64,000 bases of DNA, from NCBI RefSeq assembly GCF_036321535.1, contig NC_087436.1, positions 28,708,001 to 28,772,000 on the forward strand. The letters run 5' to 3'. The notes below the pieces were generated by a model, which ran no database searches, was not told where the DNA came from, and was given only the letters and a program-made list of their open reading frames with translations. Below are positions 38,621-52,915 of this stretch, one piece after another. Made by a program: the position numbers and the translations under genes. The stretch is from Camelus dromedarius (Eukaryota). Numbering within the stretch: position 1 is the stretch's first letter; the number at the start of each line of letters is the position of its first letter.

Positions 38621-41084
38621 AATGTAATGTAAAGAAGAAGGCTATTTAATCTGCATGTATCAGTATAGAAAAATTTAGATTTTGTTAAAACCAAAATTAA
38701 GCCTGATTTCTCACTTTAAAAAAAACTTAGTCTCTGTCAGGGCAGAATTGAAGTAGCCAGGAGGACCAGGATGTGAAGACTGGTAATTATGCTTCCTTTG
38801 ATGTTGTAATTTTATGGTTTAAAGGAGTTTGGTTTGTATTTTTGTTTATCTGGCAGTTTTCCCAGCCACTAAATTCACTTCAGTGGTTTGCTAAAGGACA
38901 ACAGAGGCTTTTCAATAGAGAAATCTCAGTGAGCTATGTTTAGATTTGGTTTCCCGTATTGAAACACTGACCTGCTTCCATTTGATATGAGTATCAAATC
39001 AGCTATTTTATAAATGAGTCATTGAAAAGCATATGCAGTTCAATTTGTTGGGCAATGTCAGAAATATAAAATTTTAATTTTACTCCACAAATAAATGTTG
39101 GAGTCTATAGACACATGGAAGAAACATACCAAATTATTTAACATTCCTTTTTCCTAAGAAACTTTCTTTTTAAATATAAGAACGAAACTCGGGCAATTAA
39201 AGATTTAACAAAATTCCCTTAAAGATTTTCAGATAACTGCTGCAAACTATATATGCACTGTACATACCTACATATTATATTTTATATATATTGGACATAT
39301 GAAACTTTTTAATTGGATGTTTAACAACAAAAAGGTATTTTATATATGCTATGTTAATTTTTAGTTACACACAACTGAAAGCAGTTCTTTTTCATCTTTA
39401 ATTAGATGAACTTTCATATGAATAATATAGTTAACATTACAGAATATATTTGACTTTATTATATAAAAATACACTTTCCCATATTTTAATATCATATTTA
39501 AAATAATTTTATATAATCTATTATTTTCCCACTTTTTCTTACTCAGTCAAATTTTGTACTTTTTCAGTCATTTATAACGTATTTCAAAGCTATTTTCTAA
39601 ATATTACTATGAATCACAAATGAAATAATAAGTTGAATTCCTATGTGAAAAGTATGTATATCTAAAATGTCAATGTAGGTGCAGGTGGTACGTCCCCACT
39701 CCCCCTCACTAGTTCAAGACACAACTCATTGTTCTGTCCCTGAACTCAGATAGAGTCTCTAGGTCTGCTAGGCAGAGCTCTCCAGAAGTCAATATCCAAT
39801 AATTCAATGCACACATGAAATAAGCTTCATTTGCCATCTATATATTGAAGGGTACAGAAGAGAGAAATAATATTTTGTTAGTAGTTTGATTTAGGACACC
39901 ACAGTTACATAATTGTGGAGCTAACTGGGCAAATAGAAAGAGAAATTGGGTGGGGCTGGTTAATTATATTTATATTCTGTCTTAATGAATATGTATTTGA
40001 ATATGTGGCTTTGCAAAATTTTAGTTCTATTTTATGAAGCACCTTTGAATATTTTTGCAAATTCTGTTTTACCTACCTTCTTAAGCTACTCTCCATCATT
40101 TTCTCTTTTTCCATTTTCAGCTCCTATAAAACTAAGCCTTGGACAACTAATCCTATATTTTATCCCAACAAAATATACAAATTGTTTCAAGTATTTAACT
40201 GCAAACCTACTGCTTTCTTTCCTCATGGAATCAATTAAAACTTAAGTTGAATTGCTTTCTCCTGGGTTACCTTTCTGGTAGCACTGCTAGCTACATGGGA
40301 CTTTCCCATTGCAATTAAAGGGTTTTGGGGGGAAAATATGTAGGACTTCTTAGTTCCTGTGAAATAAAAAAAGGAAGTAAGAAAAATGTAAATGAGAACT
40401 TTCAAAGTCAGATTATGTCAATAAAATAAAGAAAAAAGTGAAAGTAAGTGACTTGAGAGAAAATGATAAGCAGAATAAAGGTGAAAAGTAACTTAAAAGG
40501 AAAAACAAAATTTGAAAAACAGAGTAAACAAGTAAGAAACAAGCTTCCGCATGAATTAGTCACATACATTAATTATAAATATTTAATAGTTGGGAATTCA
40601 GTTGTCTCCTTGAAGAAACTATAAGCCCCGAGTCAACACAGCATAAGATAGTGACATTTTGCAATGATGACATTTGAGATTGATGAATGCATCAGTTAGA
40701 TAAACCCACAGAGGCTTAGAGGAAGAGTCTGAGTTTGAGTATTGGTAGAGAAAAGGTAAAGTGATTTCTAAACTTAGCCTCCTCTTATCCTAGAAATACA
40801 ACAAATAATCACAAATATAAATTTTTCGAAAGACAATTAATTTGGATAGAAGCTAATGTTTATCTCATCACTAGAAATGAAATACAGGCAAAAAATGAAG
40901 GCCCGTAATTGAACACAGACACATTTCTGCTTATCAAGTGAATGAATTCAGGGCAATGTGGTCAATTACACATCCGTCAGAAAACTGAGGGAAAAATTTG
41001 ACCTTAATTTTATGGATGATCTTAATTTTATGATCATTTATAGAGATTACTGTCATGAGCTTTATTAAGTATTACCTTCACTTT

Positions 41085-41128
41085 AGGTTTGTTTTGTTTT
41101 GTTTTGTTGTTTTGTTTTTTGGAGGGAC
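41085..41128 (-). mobile_element. Near-solo poly(A) retro-insertion, now a (GTTTT)n tract
   Basis: Direct repeat TACCTTCACTTT at 41073-41084 and 41129-41140; minus-strand insert is ccctcc plus an A-rich tail. Confidence 0.75.
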
Positions 41129-42173
41129 TACCTTCACTTTGTTTATTGCAGCTCCATAGATACACCTATAAATTATATGTTTTCTCCTTGTCTATTGAGA
41201 GGCGCAGGACTTCATAAAAATTTGTGTAAAGTCTGAATCTGGTGGAGTCTGCTTTTCATAGTCCTATAAAGAAAGTAACTATACACAAAAAAAGACTGGG
41301 AGAAGAATTGTGATAAAGTTATAGGCAGGATTGTAATGAGGAAGCACATTATTGTATTATATATTCTCCTTCCTCATTTCGGACCCTGGACATGCTCCTG
41401 TTGCTCACTGGCCCAAGGAATTTTATTCTTCACTGAAAAAATGTGCTCTGATGAAAAGATGGGCAACATAATTCATCCTGATAAACAAAACAGAAATGAG
41501 ATGTGACACTATTATCTGTCCTTGTATGGGCAGTCAGTAAAATTCTATGGGGGGAAATATTGAATAAAATAAATAATCACCAGATTGTAATGGAATAACT
41601 TTTATCCTGGGCAACTGTAAGGACATAGGAATCCACCAATTCTGTATTACTGAGCCAACAAGTAAATACTAGGGGGCAATTAAATCAGTCATTCAGTATA
41701 AATACAAATGTTACTAAGCCATTGATTATGACTGTTTTTCATTTCTTACATCAGAACCTAGAAGCAATGTTTTGGTCAAAGTTATATGAATCCTCTCAGC
41801 ATAAGAGTCAAAATCCTAATAAATATATTTTTCTTCAGTTTTTTCAGAGTTGCCAAAATTCATTCATGTTGATCAGGAGTGCTTGTTTTCTTGTGCATGG
41901 TTAATAGAGTGACCAGTAAGATATGATATGAAATAAAAATATTTACTGCCTTCATTTTCAAAACAAAAATGCATACAAACTGTGCAGTACTCAGTATCTG
42001 TATGAAATTATATATATATACATATATGTATATAAACACGTGTGTGTGTGTATAAAACTTCGGGAATTTTGGATGAATCCCTGACACTGACATGACCTAC
42101 TGTGATTACACTTACATCATAAGTACAAAATTCTAAACTTAAGAGTGAGAGAGAAAGAATAAATGACAGAACC

Positions 42174-42542
42174 TGTGATGGTTAATTTTATGTGCCAACT
42201 TGGCTTGGCCACAGTACTCAGATATTTGGTCAAATATAATTTTAGATGTTAATGTGAAGGTATTTTTCGAATGAGATTAATGTTCAAATTGGTGGGCTTT
42301 GAGTAAAGCAGACTACCCTTGGTAATGTGGGTGAGATGCATCCAATGAGCTGAAGGCCTTCAGAAAAAGACTGATTTCTCCAAAGAGAGAATTCTGCTAG
42401 CAGTTGGCCTTAGGACTTGAACTACAGTGTAGACTCTTTCCCAAGTCTCTAGCCTGATGGCTTACCCTGCTGAGTTTGAACTCACCAGCCTCTGCAATTA
42501 CATGAGTCAACTCCTTCAAATAAATCGCACACACACACACAC

Positions 42543-42581
<39 letters not shown>

Positions 42582-42618
42582 ATCAGTTCTGTTTCTCTGG
42601 AGAACCCTGACCAACACA
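42174..42618 (+). mobile_element. ERVL solo LTR (MLT2D-like) with internal (CA)n at 42527-42578
   Basis: Starts tgtgatggttaattttatgtg, ends gttctgtttctctggagaaccctgaccaacaca; AATAAA precedes the microsatellite. Confidence 0.92.
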
Positions 42619-44230
42619 GAGGCCAAGTGTTTTCAGAATGGATTCAGATTTTATCAGAGAACATTATTAACCAAAAAGGTAGGTAGGTAGCTCTTTTTAA
42701 GTTTCAGTAGAAATTGTGTCTTACAAGAACTACATAACCTATCAATAGGGGCATAAAGAGATACTTCCCACAGTAGTCACTACTTCTTTAGTTTTTGAGG
42801 TACAGTGTAGACAGATACCAATGGTTTGATTGCTGACCTGAGAAAATTCATTATTAAAATCCATTATACTATGTACAGATAGATGCTTTGTCTAGATTCC
42901 TCAATGAAAAATGCCTTGATCTTTCTTCAAATTAAACATAACCTGTGGTTGGGTTAAATAAGAAGGAATGGTATGATGAGAGAAGCAGCAAGAAGCAATT
43001 GAATACAAATATAAGATTTTGTGTAGTGGGCTTGGATTATCCACACTAGCAATTCTCGAATTCAATCACCTTTAAAAATCAATGGAAAGGAAAAGGAACA
43101 ACTTTCTTTAAGTTTTCAATTTGGCAATGATGAAATAGTTCCAAGATTTAGATGAAAGGTTGATGATAGCTTACAATTTTTATCTTTTGTTGTTATTGAG
43201 AATAGAAAGGAAAATAATTTATGGTACTCTAAGTAAAAAAAAAAATAAAAAGAATCAGGAGAGATTTCCTTTCTGTTGAAGAGGTAGAAGTATGGATAAG
43301 CAGAAACTTTTTCCAAAAATAACTGCAAAAAGTAGTAAGTGCATCTTACTTTCAAATCAAAAGATTGTTAATGTTCAAAGAATGGGTAGTAAGTAAATTG
43401 CTAACATTTTAATTTTGATAAAATTATAAGTTAAGAATATGAAAACTTAAAAAATATATTATGAGGGACAATTAAGTTTACATAATACACTTTCTTGAAA
43501 AGTGCATTTAATGTTTAACAAACATCAGTTATGCCTTTAGTTGCATCAGTTTTGCAACTAGAAAAAACTATAACTATATTCCTTCTCTGAAATTTTATAC
43601 TTATCTAAATGCATATCTGACATATGCTAAATTTAATTTATATTTAAAATTTAGAAATGAGGTATTAATTATGCTTTAAATTCCTTTTGTTATAGGGAGT
43701 AGTAGTGACTTTATCAGTTTTAAAACAGCAAGTACAGCTCCATCACCACAAGTGCTCAAATGCTTGTAAATTAATGCAAACTTTCTTTGGTTTAAGCATG
43801 AGTTTTTTCTTTAATGTGGAAAATGTAGACAAAATGGTTTTCATATATCTTACCATCAAAGGTCAGAATGTTTCCTATTTCTAATAATACCACCTATCAA
43901 TAGTCTTCAGACAGAAACTTTGTAATACTGGAGATATACGCAATGAGTTTTAAAGGTTACATGAACATATATTATCTATAGGGCATTACTTTCCAGACTT
44001 CCACTTCTATATATGCTTTTCTAAAAGTGGTCTGGGAACACAACTGGAATGGAAATAACACACTGTTTTGTTTTGTTGTTGTTTTTTTCTTTCTCAGACT
44101 TGTCCTTTCTCTCTTTTCCCATTTGACAAAATAAAAGTATATATTTCACCTTGGCCAACTGCCTATTAGGGTGCCAAACAAAGTGATAATATTGGTGTCT
44201 GGGTAGATCCTTAATCAAGGTATGAAATTA

Positions 44231-44459
44231 AGGGACAGATTGGGATTTCAAAATGTAGAACAGATAAACAAAATTATACTGTATAGCACAGGGAAATATA
44301 TACAAGATCTTGTGGTAACTCACAGAGAAAAAAATGTGACAATGAATATATATATGTTCATGTATAACTGAAAAATTTTGCTGTACACTGGAATTTGACA
44401 CAACATTGTAAAATGACTATAACTCCATTTTAAAAAGTTAAAAAAAAAACTTAAAAAAA
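44231..44459 (+). mobile_element. Young 5'-truncated L1 3' UTR
   Basis: ctgtatagcacagggaaatata...aactgaaaaattttgctgtacactggaatttgacac + A tail; TSD AA(G/A)GTATGAAATTA at 44217-44230 and 44460-44473. Confidence 0.9.
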
Positions 44460-45501
44460 AAAGTATGAAATTACCCACTGTAAGAATTTTTGCCTTCCCC
44501 TATCTTGTGTGAATTTTGGATTAGGAAGTAGTTTAGCAGAAAAAACACAGTCGTTTGACTCATGCTGTGATACTCAGAATTCATGTATCTTGTAGGAAGG
44601 GGAAGGAATTATGCAGCTTCTCTTTAATGGCCTTACTATATTTATCTCTACTGTTGCCAAAAAATGCATTTTTCTGAGAGTGATCTTATAGGAGTCAAAA
44701 ACAAAAGATCTCTATAAAATCATGAAGAGAGTGGTATCTTGTGTTGTTCCATGTGACAATCACAGCACGGATCTTGCCTTATCTACCTGTATCACAAATC
44801 AGAATTAAGAAGAGAAATGCTTAATCTGGGAAATTGTCTTCATATCTTTATTTGAGTTAAAAAACAAAGTCAGACTGTTTTCTTACAGAAAGTTAATCTG
44901 ATTTGACTGATGGAAGTGACAATTAGTTTGGCTTTCTCAATTTAATTGTGGGGGAAATTTCTAGAGACTGAATGAGAAAATATGTCTCCACAGTGTTCTG
45001 AATAAAACATGTTTATAACATGATAAGCCAAAGAATTTTATCAAAAATATTTCATTGAAAATGTATTTTGAAATTAACAATACTTAACTATTTGCTGGCT
45101 TTTAGAGTACAAGATGCCTCTATATAAGAGTAAAAGATATACTACAAGGTGACTGTATAAAAAGTGAAGTGCAAAGTTATAGGCCTCTAATAAGTCTCAG
45201 CCAATAATTTCTCTAGAAATCAATAATTTTTGCAGATCAAGTGATTTTCATCAATTTACATTCAAAGAGAAAAAAATTTTTGAGTTTTCCAGTGACAGAT
45301 GATTTAGATACTATTTACTATGTCAATATCGACATGTAACCCACAGAGAAAATATCTGAATAATACGGCCATAGCAAAAGTTATGTTATATACTGTTATA
45401 TTTATAATAAGGTAGTTTCATATACTTATTTAGGTGAACAGCAAAATGAAAACATTATTGAATTGCTGTTGAACTCTTTGTAATAATAAATAAGAACACA
45501 C

Positions 45502-46051
45502 TGTATGGTCACACCATTCAAGATGGCTGCTCTCTTGCTCTCTGTCCATCCTCTGCTGGACCAGTGCCTGCTTCCCCTGTACCTACTCACCTGACTGAAC
45601 TTCCCTCTTAATCATAGAGCACAGTCAGTCACTGCCTACGTGCTTGCCCCCTGAACCCAGCTAGTGATTATTCTAATCCTTGGGCCAGAATGGCTCCAAC
45701 CTGCTACTTTATCAAAGAGTAACATTTACCTTCCCTGACAATTATTAACCCGAGGGGTTGTAAGGGGTGTGCCTCTCTGCTGGTTTTTCTGGTAACAGAT
45801 GAGGCAACCTGATGTCAATTCCCCCTATAATTGGTAACCTCTCTCTCCTCTCCACTATACACCCACTCCCTAGCAGAGACTGGTGCCTTCTGCCTCATAG
45901 GATGGGGTGTCATTCCAGGACCTTGCTTAGCATGTGTAAGATTCCCTATCCAATAAACCATTGATGTCTCTGTCACTGACTCAGGGCTCTTTCTTAGAAC
46001 TAGAAGTTGAGCAGTTACAGGGCTTGAAGGCCTGTCGGGTGCAGCCCAACA
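45502..46051 (+). mobile_element. ERVL-class solo LTR (MER74/MER54-like)
   Basis: TG...CA termini, TATAA at 45826, AATAAA at 45952, end aggcctgtcgggtgcagcccaaca. Confidence 0.8.
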
Positions 46052-46559
46052 CATCCATTGAGTTTCATTATTAACAGAATTTACTTCATATGTTTGATAA
46101 CTATTAAAATGTGTCCTTTAATCAATTGTGCCCTACTAATAAATGCAAAGAATCAATAAAAGAAAAAACAAAGGTTCAGGGACAAAGTTTCAAGGACATA
46201 AGAAAATAAATATTTATAATTTATACATTAACAGTTAAGTATGTTTGAACATAATAGAAATGCTGAAGTAAAACTACGTAACTCATTAGTATTTAAAATT
46301 GTGTGTGTGTTCAGTAATGAAATATGAGTTCAAAGAAAAAAAAAACTTGTAAAATTTCTGATGATAGATTTTTCAGGTATTCTTTAAATGTATAATAGTG
46401 GATATCAAATCTCGATGTTTTACCCTGGGCACCTTCTAAAGAGTAGTTTAACTGGTTTTTTTTTAATTCCCAATATTTACAATATACTGCATGTCACATA
46501 ATTTCCATTATTTTAATGTATCCAAGGGGGAAAAAAAAACTATAGTCCATTGCCTTAGG

Positions 46560-46748
46560 CTTCTTGGTTCAATAGATTAGCCATTAGTTACATATGACCA
46601 TTTAAATTAAAATCTAAGTTAAAGTAAATAAAAATTAAGACCCTCAAGTCACATCAGTAATTTCATACCAGTCATACCATGTAATTTCAAGCAATTACAT
46701 GGTGCAGAAAACTGTTATCACCACACAAATTTCCACTGAACATACCTG
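46560..46748. mobile_element. hAT-Charlie MITE remnant (MER3-like)
   Basis: tagccattagttacatatgaccatttaaattaaa...atcaccacacaaatttccactgaaca. Confidence 0.6.
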
Positions 46749-47699
46749 TTTTGGGAAATTGTATTTGTTTCAACATTAAAATCCTTTGAATTTATACAAG
46801 GCTAGATTTTCCACAGTTGTAGCATGTATGCTTTTTTTTCTTTCCTCTCACCCAAGAAGAGGCCAAAATATACATAGATTTGGGATTCAAAGATATGTTG
46901 GTAGATTTATAGAAAATTTCCCATTGGACCTTATAACTGAAATTTTATACAGCATTTTAATTTAAAAATTTGTAATCAGTTTCTGTGATTTTTTAAAATG
47001 TATTTATCAATGCTCAAATGTTGAGTAACTTGCAGCTTATTAGTTCTAAGAGGTGATTTTTATTATAGATATCCACAGTATGACTTGCCCAAGAGATCAT
47101 CTCTAATATTTATAATTTCTATTAATTGATAGTGTTCAATAGACATATAACATTGAAAAATAGAAGCAGCATCTGTTTTTAAAGCATCTATTGTTAGTCA
47201 AATTTCTAACAAAGCAATTACAAGGACAGAAGAATATTTGTGATTTAGAACAAAAGTTAATCACTAGCAGTGGTTATAAAAAGATATTGCCCCCTAATAT
47301 AGAATTATAAATTAGGATTATACAGAGTTGAGTGATGTATAGGTGACATTTGTTATATGAAGGGGAAATACGATTTTTTTCTTTAAAAATATCTGCTACT
47401 GTATTAGAACTGATATAAAATTGTCAGAGTATATTTACAGATAGCAGTATAAGTCACATAAAAATATAATCAAATTTTTACAGTATAGCTATAAAGGCAT
47501 TGGCTTTGTGTGTTCTCTATTCCAGCCACCCTGAGTATAAATAAGTTTCTTAAAAGTATATGATGAAGCAATCTAAGTTAAATTTAATGAAATAAAACTA
47601 TTTAAATAATTCTATATTTTATTTTCCCATGATGTTTTTGTCTTCTGTTTATGTCATTGTGATAACCAATAAATAAAATTAATCAGTCCTTGTTACTGA

Positions 47700-48255
47700 C
47701 TTTTAAATAGATTTTTGTTTTAGGGGTTTTAGGTTAAAGAAATATTACAAAGACACTACAGACAGTTCCTATATACCCCAGACACCGTTACTCTTATTAA
47801 CATCTTACATTAATATGGTACCTTTGTTATATTTAATGAACCAATATCAATACACTATTATTAACTAAAGTCAATAATTTATTCAGAATTTATTCAGAAT
47901 TTCCTTAGTTTTTACCTAAAGTCCTTTTTCTATTCCAGCACATTCCATCCAGGTCACTAAGTTACATTTTACTATCATGTCTCCGTAGGATCTTCTCAAC
48001 TGTGATCCTTTTTAAGGTTTGTCTTGTTTTTAATGGTCTTAATGGTTTTGAGAAGTATAGGTCAGACATTTTGTACAATACTCAATACTGGTTTATGTCT
48101 AATGTCATTCTCATGACAAGACTGGGCTCTGTGTTTTAAGGAGGAAGACCACAGAGGTAAAACGCCATTTTCATCGTATCATTTCAAAAGTACATGCTAT
48201 GAACCTGACTGACCCCCACGGATGTTGACCTTGATCAGCTGGCTGAGGCAGCGCT
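47700..48255 (-). mobile_element. L1MC-like 3' UTR
   Basis: ttattaacatcttacatta...aatgaaccaatat...gaggaagaccacagaggtaaa...gttgaccttgatcagctggctgagg. Confidence 0.85.
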
Positions 48256-49744
48256 GATCCCAGTTACATTTTCAAACATAAGAGAAAACAGCTGCAAACT
48301 ACATAAATATGTCTTAAGTACTCACCAAATAAAAACTAAAGGTGAAGATAATGTGAAGGCACAGTGATGATTTAAATGATATGATATTCAAGATTAATTA
48401 ATAAAATACAAATAATGAAATATTCAAGTAGTAACATATTAATATAAATGTTCTTAGAAATCTAGATTACAGGCAGAACTAATTTGATAATTTCCAAATA
48501 GGAAAAGGTAGATTATTTTTTATTCAAAATTACTTATATTATAAATAAACATATGTAATATACCTGAGAACATTATCATCATTTTCTAAGTCTCTTTTCA
48601 TGAAAACGCTTTGTTGTACATATGCAAAGAAAATTTACTTCTAGTTTCAGATCTACCTGTGATTTAACTCAGATGCTGCATAAGAGGTAGGGTAAACACA
48701 AATTTCAATCAATGATAAAATATTAACTCATAAATATGCCTTACCAGTACTGATGATATTTTCATTCATACAATAACAATATATTTCTACTTATTCTATA
48801 ATTTTCACTGATGCAACGCTATATATTTATATAATGCATTATACATACTACATGATATATATATATGTATATATAATTTTTATATATGATTTCAGCTCAA
48901 CCTGGTGCTTAAATTTAGGCATGTGATCCTAGACTAATTAAATCTTTATAAAACTTTAAATGGGTACTTACCCTGTGGCAGATTACGCATACATTAAATA
49001 ATTTTCATTAGAAAAAAAACTGCAAAATTGTCCCACTTAAATTTACTAGATCAACAATCATAGTCCTTTAGAGTTATAATGGAATGAAACCAACCACTGA
49101 GGCTGCTTCAGGCAATTGAGAACCTGTCATAAATCTGTTAGCAGGCAAACCTGGGGTGCCTCCCAGGTAACTAGGCCGAACATTTCCAAATAATACTGTA
49201 CTGCTGATCTCATACTATTCTTTACCTCCATTTTGCTGTAATTAGAGCCAAAGTGAAATAGATTCTCCTGAGAATGTGGCTCTGGCAGTCATGGAGATTT
49301 GATTCAGAAATGTTGCTTGAACATAGGCAATGAAGAATTTGAAATTAATGCTCCAATTGTCATATATCCAAATAAATGAGTTAGTAGGTTAAAATTTAAA
49401 ATGGCCAAATTTAAGTGTTCTGATTAATTTTTCTCATCTTTGAGGTATATTTCTTTTTATGTCACACAGCAAACTTTGAAATATCTTATATCTTGGAAAA
49501 TAACTAATTCAGTTATCTTTCATTAGCCCTACTCAAAGAAGTCATAAATTTTGCAGTAACTCTTTTCACCAGGACAGAACATGACTTCTGGTGGTATCTG
49601 TGAGATTATACATAATGAATAAACATCTACTCAGTAAAACATAATGATGTACACAAAAAGTTATGCTATATTTTAAAAAGTTATTGCTATATAAATTGCA
49701 AATCTTCGGTTGGAAACTCATCAAATATTTAACACGTGGGCTTA

Positions 49745-49850
49745 AAAGAACAGGACATTTATTCAATTTATCTTTGAATCTCTGGAGATAATGGCATGAT
49801 CAGATTTATAGCAGAAACGCAAAAAACAATTGCTAAATAATTGAATGACC
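49745..49850 (+). mobile_element. L2 3' end remnant
   Basis: caggacat...tatctttgaatctc...aattgctaaataattgaatg. Confidence 0.45.
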
Positions 49851-50449
49851 TACATTATTTACTTTGCTTAATAAAAAGTTAAATGCAAGTAAGCTATATA
49901 TATATACATAAAATCAGCCTATCAGCAACGATTTCTATAATTACTATATATTAAACACTAATGGTAAAACACTTGTAATGTATAAGGCCAATGTTTCACA
50001 TTTCAATTTCCTTATGTGAACAAACTAGGTATCAATTCTGAATAGGTACAAAGAATGGAATTACAGGACAGAACCAAGCCTAGGGAGAAAAACGTAACGT
50101 TCAAGTATTAGTAAGAGGATACACTGGGGCCATTTCTTGAAGTACCTAAAATGAAAAGATGTTGAGAGAAACAGCAGCAAGTCTATGCATTCTGGTTTCA
50201 GACCACATCATAAAATCACCAGTCAAGGCAAGGAGAAGAATTGCTGCAATGAATTGCTTCCTTAAGTAGAATGTGCAGCTTGCTTACTGATTTCAGTGAG
50301 TTCCTATTTTAAAATATTGTGGTAAAATGGAGACTTTTATGAACTTTTCTAGGATCCCATAATATACAAATTGAATCTGAAAATGACCTAGAAATATTTT
50401 TCAATGTTTATAGTTTTACTTTGCAAAAAAATCATAACATCCCACATAT

Positions 50450-52915
50450 ATATTTTAATTTCCACAACTTTAAGGCATAACTGACATGTAATACAGAGCA
50501 TGCTTAAAATTTATAATTTGATACACTTGAAATATGAATACATTCTTGAAACAATTTAAGAGAGTTGAATCTATGCTTTGCCTCCTGAAAAGTCCACATG
50601 GCTTTTTGAAATCTGCTTCCTCTTGAACCTCTCCTCATCCCGTTCCTCATGCAACCATGGACATGCTTCCTTCCATTATAGATTGATTTTTTTTTTCTGG
50701 AGTTTTGAGTAAATGAAATTATAGCATATGTACTTTTTGTCAGAATTTTTTCAATGCAGCATAATTATTTTATTTCATCCATGTTGTTATATGTACCTAT
50801 AATTCACTCACTTTTTATTGCTGAGTCATAGTCTATTGTTTGGTTAAACCACAATTTGTTTATTCACCCCCCTATTGGTGGAAATCTGAGTAGTTTCCAT
50901 CCGGAGTTATTACACATATAGCTACTATAAAGATTCACATCCAAGTCTTTGTATGAACATTTACTTTCTTTTATCCTGGGTAAATACCTAGGAATGAAAT
51001 GACTGGAACATATGATAGGTATGTGTTTGTTTACTATTTTAAGGAAATGTCAAAATGTTTTTCAAAGTGGTTGTACCATTTTATAGTCAAACCAGCAAGA
51101 TACGAGACTGCCAGTTTTTCCACATGCTTGTCAGTGTTTGATATGATCAGCTGATTTATATTTTATTTTGTTTTTAATTTTAGTCAATTTAGTCATTTAG
51201 GTATGTAATGACATGTCATTTTAGGTTTAATTTACATTTTCCTAATGACTACTGATGTTCAACATCTTTTCAAATGTGTTTGTATTCATATATCTTCTTT
51301 GATAAAATTTCTGTTCAAATATTTTGTCTAATTTTTATTGGGCTGTTTTCATGTTACTGAGTTTTAAGAATCTTTATTTTTTTAATATAAGTACTTTATA
51401 AATACAAGTGATTTGCAAATATTTTCCCCCAATCTATGGAAAGCTTAATTTTCTTCATATTATTATTTGAAGAACTAAAATTTTAATTTGATAAAATCTA
51501 CTTTATCAATTCATTATTTTATAGATTGAGTTGTTGCTGTTGTATGAAAGAATTATTTGCTAATTTAAGGTTATAAATAATATCTCCTGTTTTTTACTAG
51601 AAATTTATAGTTTTAGCTTTTACATTTAATTCTGTGATCCATTTTGAGTTCATTTTTGTATACACAGTTGACCCTTGAGCAACACTGGTTTGAAGTCAGC
51701 AGGTCCACTTATACAGGGATTTTTAAAAATAGATAGATACTACCCAGTACTATGTAATCGTGATTGGTTGAATGTAGCTATTTGGAATCACGGATACAGA
51801 CGAACCTCTTAGGTCGAAGAACCTGGGATATGGAGAGCATACTGTAAGTTTTGCTCCACTAACCCTCACTTTGTTCAAGGGTATGATCAGTGTGCAGTGG
51901 TCTTTGAAGTTCATCATTTTGCAATGGATATTCAAATGTTTTAGTCCTATTGATGAAAAGATATCCTTTCTCCACTGAATTGCATTTGCAACTTCATCAA
52001 AAATAAGATTTTATATATATATATATGTATGTGTGTGTATATATATATATGTATGTATATATATATGGATCAATTTTTGGACTCTATTTGTTTACATTAA
52101 TCTATTTGTTTATCTTTATGCCCACACTGCAATGATTTGATTATAGAAGCTTTACTGTAAGTAAAGTCAAGTCAGTGAATCTTCAAACTTTGTTTTTCTT
52201 TTCAAATTGTGCTGACTATTCTACATCCTTTGAATTTTTGCATGAATTTTGGATTCATCGTGCAATGTGCAATTTTTACAAAAAAGCTTTCTGAGATTTT
52301 GATTGGAATGACATTGTACATTATAGATAAGTTTGCATATAGTTAGCATCTTAACAATATTGAGCCTTCTGACTCACCTATATCACTCCAATTACTTAGG
52401 TTTTCTTTAATTTCTCTCACCAGTGTTTTGTCATTTTTATTGTACAGGTCTTTTCCATCTTTTATCAGAATTATCCTTGAATAAATGGAATTTTGTAAAA
52501 AAAATGTGTTCATTGATTGAATACAAAAATGTCATATACTTTTGCATATTGACCTCATGTTCTGCAAACTCACTAAATTCATTTATTAGTTCTAGTAGCT
52601 TATTTTTTAGATTGAATTGGATTTTATACGTGTACAGTGATGTTATCTGTGAATAAAAAGAATTCCATTGCTTTCTTTCCAATCTGGATTTATTTCTCTT
52701 TCCTGATTTCCTGGCCAGAAATTTCAGGATGATGTTGAGTAGAAGTTGTGTGAACAGGTATCTTTGTTTTCCAGTCTTATAATGTAATTATTCATGGATT
52801 CTCTTTATCAGTTTGAGGGCATTCCCTTTTATTTTTATTTCCTAAAACTTTTCAACAGGAATTGATGTTGCATTTTTTCCAAATACTCTTTCTGAATCTA
52901 TTGAGATCATCACTA
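50450..52915 (-). mobile_element. Old L1M: 3' UTR and ORF2 (RT to C-terminus), decayed
   Basis: gggtaaatacctaggaatgaaatgactgg; ttcaaagtggttgtaccatttt; minus ORF 52842-53033 has MISIDSERVF resembling the L1 RT motif MIISIDAEKAF. Confidence 0.9.
51665..51888 (+). mobile_element. Tigger2-family MITE nested in L1
   Basis: Starts cagttgacccttgagcaacac; inverted match ttgttcaagggt at 51871-51882. Confidence 0.85.
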
